A stretch of DNA of 16,054 nucleotides. Origin: Nitrospirota bacterium. GTDB taxonomy: Bacteria > Nitrospirota > UBA9217. Under the pieces are notes generated by a model. That model worked only from the letters and a program-made list of their open reading frames with translations, searched no databases and was not told the DNA's origin. Shown piece after piece: positions 8,764 through 16,054 of this stretch; within the stretch, counting starts at the first letter, position 1; every line of letters starts with the position of its first letter. Position numbers and translations under genes: made by a program. The stretch is from assembly GCA_029858565.1 (NCBI GenBank), contig JAOUEV010000068.1, positions 1 to 16,054 of the forward strand, read 5' to 3'.

Positions 8764-8811
8764 ATGCGGATTTCGCATCTCATTCCGCACTTCGCACTCC
8801 GCACTTCGCAC
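8764..8811. repeat. Heptamer tandem repeat (rpsP-rimM spacer)
   Basis: TTCCGCA CTTCGCA CTCCGCA CTTCGCA (8783-8810) next to the rpsP stop; small hairpin ATGCG-GATTT-CGCAT (8764-8778). Confidence 0.85.
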
Positions 8812-9075
8812 TTATTTTGCCGCTGCGTGCTGTTTCATGATGCCGGCCTTGGAAAGCAGGGCCCGCACGGTATCGGTCGGGACCGCGCCCTTCTTGAGCC
8901 AGCCGAGAGCCTTTTCCTGGTCGACCTTCGTGCCGCCTTCCTGCTTGAGCGGATCGTAGGTCCCGATCATCTCGATGAACCGGCCGTCGCGCGGGCAACG
9001 CTCGTCCGCGATCACGACCCGGTAATAGGGCTTCTTGTGGGTTCCGATCCTCTTGAGTCGAATCTTTACTGACAT
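8812..9075 (-). CDS. rpsP: 30S ribosomal protein S16
   Basis: [34 protein letters not shown]...WLKKGA.PTDTV; GAGGTG upstream. Confidence 0.98.
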   Translation of the reverse strand: MSVKIRLKRIGTHKKPYYRVVIADERCPRDGRFIEMIGTYDPLKQEGGTKVDQEKALGWLKKGAVPTDTVRALLSKAGIMKQHAAAK

Positions 9076-9103
9076 TGTGTCACCTCTTTCGTCTGATTGA
9101 ATC

Positions 9104-9135
9104 TTCCTGCTTTCCTCTGCGGTCTCTGCGCGAGA
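9104..9135. repeat. Single arm of a 9/10-nt periodic element (ffh-rpsP spacer)
   Basis: TTCCTGCTTTCCTCTGCGGTCTCTGCGCGAGA resembles the right arm at 5157-5188; local hairpin GCGGTCTC-TGCGC-GAGACCGC. Confidence 0.55.
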
Positions 9136-9147
9136 CCGCCTTGTTTT

Positions 9148-10488
9148 TTAAAACGGCATCCGGCCGCCCATCATGCGGCCGAGGTTCTTCATCTTGCCGC
9201 CCTTCATCATCTTCATCATCTTCTGCATTTCCACGAACTGCTTCAAGAGCCGGTTCACATCCTGCACCTGGGTGCCGCTGCCCCTGGCGATCCGCGCCCT
9301 GCGGCTGCCGTTGATCAGGGTGTGATTCGCCCGTTCCCGCGCCGTCATGGAGTTGATGATCGCCTCGACGCGCTTCAGTTCCTTCTCGCCCTGCTGCATG
9401 TCCACGTCGGCCATCTTCTGCTTGTTCAAGCCGGGGATCATGCCGATGATCGACTCGAGGGAACCCATCTTCTTGACCTGCCGGAGCTGGTCCCGGAAAT
9501 CCTCGAGATTGAAATCGTTCTTCCGGAGTTTTTTGGCGAGCTTCTCGGCCTCCTCGCGGGAGACCGTTTCCTGCGCCTTCTCGATGAGCGTCAGCACGTC
9601 GCCCATGCCGAGGATGCGCGACGCCATGCGGTCCGGGAAGAACGGCTCCAGGGCGTCGAGCTTCTCGCCCATGCCCACGAGCTTGACCGGCTTGCCCGTC
9701 ACCGCCTTGACGGACAGCGCGGCGCCGCCCCGGGCGTCGCCGTCCATCTTCGTCAGCACCACGCCGTCGAACCCGATGTCGGCGTTGAACTTCTCGGCGA
9801 TGTTGACGGCTTCCTGGCCGGTCATCGCGTCGGCAACGAACAGGACCTCCGACGGTTTTACCGAGGCCTTGATCTGCCGAAGCTCATCCATGAGCGGCTC
9901 GTCGATCTGGAGCCGCCCCGCGGTATCAAGGATCACCACATCGAACAGCGAGCGTTCCGCATGCGCTTTCGCGTCCCTGCAGATCGCCACGGGGTCCGAT
10001 GATTCCGAAACGAATGCGTCGACCCCGACCTGTTTTGCCAGGGTCTTGAGCTGCTCGATCGCGGCCGGCCGACGGGTGTCAGCCGGGACCAGAAGGACCT
10101 TTCGGCCGTCCTTCTTGAAGTTCCTTGCCAGCTTGCCCGAGGTCGTGGTCTTGCCTGAACCCTGAAGACCGACCATCATGATGATCGTCGGCGGGTTCGG
10201 AGAAAGATGCAGCTTTGACTGCGTACCGCCCAGGAGGCTCATAAGCTCCTCATGGACGATCTTGATGACCTGCTGGCCGGGCGTGAGGCTGGTCAGGATC
10301 TCCTTGCCGACCGACCGCTCCTGGACCTTTGCGATGAACTCCTTGACGACCTTGAAGTTGACGTCAGCCTCAAGGAGAACAAGGCGCACCTCGCGCAGCG
10401 CCTCCTTGACGTCCTCTTCCTTCAGAACGCCTCTACCGCGAAGTTTCTTGAAGACCGTTTCTAATTTTCCCGTCAGTGCATCAAACAT
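9148..10488 (-). CDS. ffh: Signal recognition particle protein Ffh
   Basis: LLEADVN, GLQGSGKTTT, DTAGR, TKMDGDARGGAALS, Met-rich M domain with SRRARIARGSG. Confidence 0.98.
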   Translation of the reverse strand: MFDALTGKLETVFKKLRGRGVLKEEDVKEALREVRLVLLEADVNFKVVKEFIAKVQERSVGKEILTSLTPGQQVIKIVHEELMSLLGGTQSKLHLSPNPPTIIMMVGLQGSGKTTTSGKLARNFKKDGRKVLLVPADTRRPAAIEQLKTLAKQVGVDAFVSESSDPVAICRDAKAHAERSLFDVVILDTAGRLQIDEPLMDELRQIKASVKPSEVLFVADAMTGQEAVNIAEKFNADIGFDGVVLTKMDGDARGGAALSVKAVTGKPVKLVGMGEKLDALEPFFPDRMASRILGMGDVLTLIEKAQETVSREEAEKLAKKLRKNDFNLEDFRDQLRQVKKMGSLESIIGMIPGLNKQKMADVDMQQGEKELKRVEAIINSMTARERANHTLINGSRRARIARGSGTQVQDVNRLLKQFVEMQKMMKMMKGGKMKNLGRMMGGRMPF

Positions 10489-10517
10489 GGGAGTACATGG
10501 CTCGGCAAAGAACTAGA

Positions 10518-10546
10518 ATATTAAAAGATAAGTCCTCTTCTGTCAA
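10518..10546 (-). promoter_or_regulatory. Sigma70-type promoter of the ffh operon
   Basis: Minus strand TTGACA (10546-10541), 17 nt, TAATAT (10523-10518). Confidence 0.7.
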
Positions 10547-10612
10547 GGCTTTTCTCTCCTGACAACGGACCTTTTGGCAAGCCGAAAGAGGGTTTCGAAG
10601 TTTATATTCCTG

Positions 10613-10641
10613 TTGACCTTGGATATAACTACAATTATAAT
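10613..10641 (+). promoter_or_regulatory. Sigma70-type promoter of the rhodanese gene
   Basis: TTGACC (10613-10618), 17 nt, TATAAT (10636-10641). Confidence 0.75.
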
Positions 10642-10788
10642 AACAACTAAAGTTGCATATTGCATCGCTAAAAACCATCGCTTTCTCGACTAGTTGAAGA
10701 AAGGAGGAGCACGGGACAACCGGTCCGCATCAGCAGAAATCGGAGCATATCAGCCCCTGTCACAAAGAAAGGGCGGAAACGGAGGATC

Positions 10789-12213
10789 ATGATGCTTGGA
10801 AGTAAAAATATCAGTCTAGTTCCGGCGTTCACGCTGGCCGCCAGCCTGGCCATGGCAGTTATCGGCTGCCAGACCACGCCGGCAGCCAAACCGGCCACGG
10901 CAGCACCGGCAGCCCCGACCAGGCCGACCATGGCCAAGATCTGCGGCAACTGCCACACCCCCCAGGCCGGGAGCCTGCGAGGCAACTTTGAAGGTGTCGC
11001 ATACAAGACCCAGTCGATCCAGGTAAAGATCGACGACATCTCCGAGGTCATCCGCTTCGACAAGGCGACCCTCAAGATCGAGAATGTGAAGGGGGAGAAT
11101 ACCGAAGAACCCCTGCGCGACATCTCCAAGGGCAAGGAAGTGCGCGTCGAGTATACCGAGAAAGATGGCAAGAAGTTCGCCACGCTTGTCGTGGCAAAAC
11201 CGCCCATCAAGGTCGCCGCGGACAAGATCATGAGCACCGAGGACGTGGAGAAGCTTGTTGGCCTGGGCCCCGAGAAAGGCAAGTACACCCTGATCGACGC
11301 ACGGCCTCCTCTCAAGGCGCTGGAGGGCACCATCCCCACGGCCATCAACATCCCCTTTGTGGCGTTTGACAAGATGGTGGACAAGCTTCCGCAGGCAAAG
11401 GATGCGCTAATCGTCTACTTCTGTCAGGGCGTTACCTGAGCAATGAGCCCAAACTCCGCCAGTCGGGCGGAGAAGCTCGGTTACACCAATGTCAAGGTCT
11501 ACCATGACGGGATCCCTGTCTGGACAAAGAAGAATTTTACCGTACTGAACATAAAGCAGTTGAAGGAAGGCTGGATCGAGAAGGACATGCCCCACGTACT
11601 GGTCGACGTGCGGCCTGCATCGGAGGCAGAGAAAGGCTTCATCAAGGGCGCAGTAACGATTCCCGCAGCCGACGTGGCAAAGAACATCGACCGGTTCCCG
11701 CCCAAGGAGAAGAAACCGCCGATCATGATCTATGACCAGAAAAGCGGCGATGACGCCAAGGCTGCTGCGAAAGCGCTGGTCACGGCCGGATACCCGATGG
11801 TCAATGTGATCACCGGCGGATTCGATGCCTGGCAGGCCGCGGGATTCCCGACCGAGGCCGGCAAGCTCGCCACGACCATGGCCTACGTTCCCAAGCCCCG
11901 GCCCGGGACGATCGCGATCGACGAGTTCAAGAAGCTCGCCGCCAGCATCCCCCCTGATACGATCCTTGTCGATGTACGAAGCCAGGCTGAGGCAAATGAG
12001 GGCATGATCAAGGGCGCCAGGGTCATCCCGGATGCGGAGATCCTGGACCGTCTTGCCGAACTCTCCAGGGACAAGAGGATCATCACCTACTGCAATACGG
12101 GCGTGCAGGCGGAGATGACCTACCACAAGCTGAAGGAGAAGGGCTACAACGTGGCATTCCTGAACGCGAAGGTTTCGTTCGATGACAAGGGAAACTACGT
12201 GATCGAACCGTAG
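10789..12213 (+). CDS. Putative selenocysteine-containing lipoprotein: heme c motif plus three rhodanese domains (474 aa, Sec217)
   Basis: The two ORFs are in the same frame, separated only by TGA GCA. The TGA falls within rhodanese domain 1 (LIDARP...GTIPTAINIP...IVYFCQGVT-U-AMSPNSA...LGYTNVKVYHDG...W). Lipobox VIGC (C27), CGNCH (52-56), domain 2 loop IYDQKSG, domain 3 loop YCNTGVQA. GGAGG at 10781-10785. Confidence 0.88.
11444..11479 (+). promoter_or_regulatory. Bacterial SECIS-like hairpin
   Basis: Upper stem CTCCGCC (11454-11460)/GGCGGAG (11466-11472), loop AGTCG with G second, lower stem GAGC (11445-11448)/GCTC (11475-11478); 21 nt between TGA and loop. Confidence 0.82.
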
Positions 12214-12236
12214 GATGGGATCCTTATGAATCAGTG

Positions 12237-12270
12237 GGCCCCGGGATCAAAAGACTCCGGGGCCTTTTTT
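12237..12270 (+). terminator. Intrinsic terminator of the rhodanese gene
   Basis: GGCCCCGG ... CCGGGGCC followed by TTTTTT. Confidence 0.85.
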
Positions 12271-12307
12271 ATTCCAAACTCTGTTATCAATGCTTTTCTG
12301 CCGACAC

Positions 12308-12380
12308 CGTCAGTCTCGGCTTCGCCGGAAATCCTGGGACTTTAGGAATAACTCCGTATCTTCGCTTTCAGGGGACGACG
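12308..12380. repeat. Degenerate REP-like palindromic element
   Basis: CGTCAGTCTCGGCTTCGCCGGAAATCC ... TATCTTCGCTTTCAGGGGACGACG; resembles a decayed GTCATTCCCGCGAAAGCGGGAATCC-type repeat pair. Confidence 0.4.
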
Positions 12381-12413
12381 AAATGCCGGCAAGAATCGCA
12401 CGCTCAGCCATTC

Positions 12414-13424
12414 CTACAACGGGAAATGGCACGCCACGCGATGACCGTCCCCGACCTCGCGCAGCTCCGGCTCATTCGCCGGGTCCGTGCAGACCTCCGG
12501 CCGGCCCCTGGCCTCGTACACCGGACAGCGCGGTGCGAAACGACAGCCTGACACCGGGCGCTCAAAATCGAACACGCCCCAGCGCCCTGCCTGCACGCTC
12601 ACGGCCTTTCGCGAGACCTCTTTGCTCTGCTTTTCCGTGAGCGACGACCAGAGGATATGCGTATAGGGATGGTGCGCCGCCCGCGCGATCCTCTCGGCCA
12701 TGCCCATCTCCACCACTTTGCCGAGATACATCACCGCCACCTTGTGGCTCATGAGCTCCACCACCCGTAGATCGTGGGAGATGAACAGAAAGGAAAGCTT
12801 GAGCTGCTGCTGGAGGTCCCGCAGCAGGTTCACGACCTGGGCCTGGATCGAAACATCGAGCGCGCTTGTGGGCTCGTCCGCCACAATGAACTGGGCGCCC
12901 ACCGACAGGACCCGGGCGATCCCTACGCGCCGTTTTTCGCCGCCCGACAGTTCATGAGGAAAGTTCGAAAGTTTGCTCTTCTTGAGGTTCACCATTTCCA
13001 GCAGTTCAGCGATCCGCTTTTCGGTCGACCCCTCGGCGATCCGGTGATGGACCTCGATGGCCTCGGTCAGGATCTCGCGGATGCGCATCTTGGGGTTCAA
13101 AGCCGCGTCCAGGTCCTGGAAGATCATCTGCATCTTTCCGCGCAGGCCCCGCAGCTCGTCGGTCGAGAGCGTGGTGATATCCTTCCCGTCAAAGATGATC
13201 TTTCCCGATGTCGGCTTCTCCAGGCGGAGGATGGTCCTTCCGATGGTCGTTTTGCCGCAGCCAGATTCGCCCACAAGACCGACGGTCTCGTTCTCCTTGA
13301 GGTAGAAGCTCACGCCGTCCACCGCGGGGATGGACTGCTGCTCAGCCTTCACCGCGGAGAAGAGCCCTTTGCGGTGGGTGAAGTGTTTTTTCAGGTCCTG
13401 AACTTCAAGAATGGTCTTTGCCAT
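12414..13424 (-). CDS. Oligopeptide/dipeptide ABC transporter ATP-binding subunit (OppF/DppF-like)
   Basis: GESGCGKTT, QMIFQD, LSGGEKRR, IVADEPTSALDVSIQAQ, HPYT, GCRFAPRCP, VACH. Start ATG 13424 (alternative GTG 13481). Confidence 0.93.
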   Translation of the reverse strand: MAKTILEVQDLKKHFTHRKGLFSAVKAEQQSIPAVDGVSFYLKENETVGLVGESGCGKTTIGRTILRLEKPTSGKIIFDGKDITTLSTDELRGLRGKMQMIFQDLDAALNPKMRIREILTEAIEVHHRIAEGSTEKRIAELLEMVNLKKSKLSNFPHELSGGEKRRVGIARVLSVGAQFIVADEPTSALDVSIQAQVVNLLRDLQQQLKLSFLFISHDLRVVELMSHKVAVMYLGKVVEMGMAERIARAAHHPYTHILWSSLTEKQSKEVSRKAVSVQAGRWGVFDFERPVSGCRFAPRCPVYEARGRPEVCTDPANEPELREVGDGHRVACHFPL

Positions 13425-13471
13425 AATAATTGAATTTTTCCGCAGCGGAACAGAGACAATCCTAAATCTGT

Positions 13472-13588
13472 TTTTTGACACCGAAGACGCTGAAAAAGGC
13501 TATGAAGAACCAGGATAAAGCTTTGCTTCTTCCGCTTTTCATCCGCCTCTTCCGTGTCAAAAGTATTTCCAGTGTCCTCAGTGTCCAA
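13472..13588. repeat. Palindromic intergenic element between the two ABC ATPase genes
   Basis: TTTTGACACCGAAGA...TGAAAA pairs with TTTTCA...TCTTCCGTGTCAAAA (ends 13562), followed by 9-mer repeat CAGTGTCCT CAGTGTCCA. Confidence 0.65.
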
Positions 13589-13597
13589 GCAAACGAT

Positions 13598-14695
13598 TCA
13601 ATCAAAATACAACCAGCACCGCGCCTTGTGCCCGCTGCTGATCTCGCGCAGCTCCGGCTCCTGTTGCTCGCACCGCTCCCGGACCTTATCGGTCACCTGG
13701 CTGCACCGGCCGTAGAACCGGCAGCCTGCGGGGATATTGATCGTATCCAGCACATCCCCTTCGATGGCCTGAAGATGCCCCTTCTCCTTCACGTTCTCGG
13801 CGCTCGGGATCGACGTGAGCAGTGCGGACGTGTACGGATGCTTGCGCTCGGCGGTGCGGGACAGGATGTCCTTCACAGGACCGGTCTCCACCACCGTGCC
13901 GCCGTACATCACCGCGACCGTGTCGGACAAACGCGAGATGATACTGATGTCGTGACTGATCAGCACGGTCGTGATGCCGAGTTCGGACTTCAACTCCGCA
14001 AGCAGGTCAGCTATCTTGGACTGGATGGTCGCGTCCAGGCCGGTTGTCGGCTCGTCTGCGATCAGAAGCTGCGGTTCGCAGGACAGGGCCATGGCGATCA
14101 TGGCCCGCTGGCACATGCCGCCTGACAGGCCGTAGGGATAGTTGTCGTACCGGAGCCGGGGGGAATCTATCTTCACCCGGTCTAGCCATTCAATAGCTTT
14201 TTCCTTGGCAGCTTTTTCTTCCTTATGGTCCGTATGCAGGCGCACCGCTTCGGCGATCTGGCTTCCCACGGTCTCGAAGGGATTCATGGATTGCTTGGGG
14301 TTCTGGAAGATCATGGAGATCTCCTTGCCCCGGATCTTCGCCATCCGCCGTTCCGACACTTCCCGCCACCCGTCCTGGTCCTTTTGCACGGCCATGATGC
14401 GGCCGTCGGTGCGCGTGAGCGTGACGTAATCCTCCAGGTCCTGGAGCAGGTTCTTCTGCACCGTTTCCGACTTAAAACCGATCTTTCCGGTGATCACCCC
14501 CGGCCCGGAGGAGACCAGGCCCATGACCGACATGGCGGTAATGCTCTTGCCGCTGCCGCTCTCGCCGACGATGCCGAGGGTCTCGCCCTTCCCGACCTCC
14601 AGGCTCACGCCGTCCACGGACCGGATAAAGGCCTGCTTGCTCTTGGAATAGAAGTAGGTCCGGAGGTCCTCGATCTTGAGCAGAGGAGCTGTCAT
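13598..14695 (-). CDS. Oligopeptide/dipeptide ABC transporter ATP-binding subunit (OppD/DppD-like)
   Basis: GESGSGKS, SMIFQ, LSGGMCQR, LIADEPTTGLD, HPYT, GCRFYGRC. ATG 14695 overlaps the upstream TGA (TGATG). Confidence 0.94.
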   Translation of the reverse strand: MTAPLLKIEDLRTYFYSKSKQAFIRSVDGVSLEVGKGETLGIVGESGSGKSITAMSVMGLVSSGPGVITGKIGFKSETVQKNLLQDLEDYVTLTRTDGRIMAVQKDQDGWREVSERRMAKIRGKEISMIFQNPKQSMNPFETVGSQIAEAVRLHTDHKEEKAAKEKAIEWLDRVKIDSPRLRYDNYPYGLSGGMCQRAMIAMALSCEPQLLIADEPTTGLDATIQSKIADLLAELKSELGITTVLISHDISIISRLSDTVAVMYGGTVVETGPVKDILSRTAERKHPYTSALLTSIPSAENVKEKGHLQAIEGDVLDTINIPAGCRFYGRCSQVTDKVRERCEQQEPELREISSGHKARCWLYFD

Positions 14696-15588
14696 CACTT
14701 GTTCCTCTTGCCTTCCAGAATGTTGTTCAGGCCGTCGCCGAGCAGATGGAACCCCAGGATGGTGAACAGGATCGCCAGGGCCGGCGCGGTGGACGGCCAG
14801 AACTGGCCCTTCATGAAATAATTGGACCCCGCCTGCACCATGTTGCCCCACGACGGCGTGGGCTCCTGCACTCCGAAGCCCAGGTAGGAAAGCGAGGTCT
14901 CCATCAGGATCGCCTCTGCCATGCCGAGCGTGGCCTGGATGATCAGGATGGACCGGCAGTTATGCCAAAGGATGTGCTTGAGAATAATAATGCGCGTGGG
15001 CACGCCGAGAGCGATGTCCGCTTCGATGAAGTTCTTCTGCTTCAGGAACAGGATCTTGCCCTTGACCAGCGACGCGACCGCCGGAATATTCGTGATGCCC
15101 ACGACCAGCATGATGTACCAGATATCAGGCTTGAACGCGGCGATCACGAGCAGGATCAGGACAAGCCGCGGAAAGGAATCCACGAGGTTCGTGAAATAGG
15201 TGATGCCTGTCTCGAACCTGCCCCCCCGATACCCCGCAAGCACGCCGAGGATGGTCCCGAACAGGAGCGCTATGAATATGGCGAGCAGTCCCGGCAGGAA
15301 GTAGGCCTGGATCCCCACGATCAGCCGCGAGAGCATGTCCCTTCCCATGAAATCCGTGCCGAGCAAATGCTTGCCCGTGAAAGGCCCGGCCATCATGAGC
15401 TCAAGGTCAAGGTCCTGGGGATCGAACGGCAGCAGATTGAACGCGCCGAGGAGATAGGACAGTACCACGAGTGTCACGACCAGCAGACCGTAGCTCACGT
15501 AGGCCAGGTCGATGCGGTCCGCCTTTTTCCAGAACGGCAGGTCCGAGAATTCGCCGATCTCGCCGGATATTTGGGTGTAGGATTTCAT
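14695..15588 (-). CDS. Peptide ABC transporter permease (OppC/DppC-like)
   Basis: HLLGTDFMGRDMLSRL, FIEADIALG, ETSLSYLGFG...PSWG. ATG 15588 overlaps the upstream stop (ATGA). Confidence 0.93.
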   Translation of the reverse strand: MKSYTQISGEIGEFSDLPFWKKADRIDLAYVSYGLLVVTLVVLSYLLGAFNLLPFDPQDLDLELMMAGPFTGKHLLGTDFMGRDMLSRLIVGIQAYFLPGLLAIFIALLFGTILGVLAGYRGGRFETGITYFTNLVDSFPRLVLILLVIAAFKPDIWYIMLVVGITNIPAVASLVKGKILFLKQKNFIEADIALGVPTRIIILKHILWHNCRSILIIQATLGMAEAILMETSLSYLGFGVQEPTPSWGNMVQAGSNYFMKGQFWPSTAPALAILFTILGFHLLGDGLNNILEGKRNK

Positions 15589-16054
15589 TCTTTCGACGCT
15601 CTCGGATTCACCATCACATACACCACGCTCTGGAACAAACTGCCCATGCGCACCAGCATGGCGGCTACGATCGCGATGCCCATGATGACCGGATAGTCGC
15701 GGTCCTGGGCAGCCTGCCAGGCCATCCTGCCCATGCCCGGCCAGTTGAACACCTGCTCCACGATCACCGCGCCGCCGAGGATAAAGGGGATCTTGGCCGC
15801 CACGATCTCGGTCACCGGGATCAGGAACCCTTCCTTGAACGCATGCTGCCAGACCGATGCGCCTTTGGCCCGGGCAGTGCGGATGTAGTCCTCTTCCATG
15901 ACCCGGCCCATCTCCTCGCGGAGCGATCGGATCACCTCGCTGATCGTGCCGTTGCCGATGCCGAGCACGATGATCGGAAGCAGCGCATATAACCATTTCT
16001 CGCCGCCTGTTGCGTAGCCGAATGCCATGGGAAAGAGACCGAGCTAGTGGGTAA
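15585..16054 (-). CDS. Peptide ABC transporter permease (OppB/DppB-like), 3' part; in-frame TAG at 16044-16046
   Basis: EDYIRTARAKG, GAVIVEQVFNWPGMG, RDYPVIMG. The gene runs off the window end. Confidence 0.88.

Noticed and set aside
7259-8811. CRISPR array, tRNA or known L19 leader
   Set aside because: Units are 7 nt without unique spacers, there is no cloverleaf, and I see no match to a known leader.
11443-12213. Independent gene starting at ATG 11443
   Set aside because: It would begin mid-domain without a clear SD; read-through explains it better.
4054-15696. Long antisense or alternative-frame ORFs (e.g. 4054..4947, 5890..6909, 7335..8072, 9097..10002, 10668..11384, 14746..15696)
   Set aside because: Shadows of well-supported genes, expected in GC-rich DNA; no recognisable motifs.
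14696-15996. Extended N-termini for the OppD-like (14851) and OppC-like (15996) ORFs
   Set aside because: They overlap upstream genes; coupled starts at 14695 and 15588 fit better.
1-16054. Genome-wide stop codon reassignment as the explanation for the internal TGA or TAG
   Set aside because: TGA ends rimO, rimM and the permeases and TAG ends rplS and the OppF-like gene at expected positions, so both act as normal stops.

Overview
Mostly GC-rich bacterial chromosomal DNA; gene order and content suggest an anaerobe of the Nitrospirota/Desulfobacterota type (inference only). Left end: an AT-rich Mrr-like restriction endonuclease gene split at an A10 run, a GAF(two-CW insert)-GGDEF diguanylate cyclase split by a frameshift, a decayed metallo-beta-lactamase-fold gene, and a 43-aa lipoprotein missing from the ORF track. 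Centre: the minus-strand cluster ffh-rpsP-rimM-trmD-rplS-rnhB-yraN-cNMP protein-rimO, whose spacers carry 7- or 9-nt-periodic palindromic repeats. Divergent from ffh is the best finding: ORFs 10789..11439 and 11443..12213 look like one 474-aa selenoprotein (in-frame TGA at 11437 in a rhodanese active-site loop, followed by a bacterial SECIS-like hairpin) with a lipoprotein signal, one CxxCH heme c motif and three rhodanese domains. Right end: a minus-strand opp/dpp-type ABC transporter (B partial, C, D, F). Several single-site lesions could be sequencing errors.
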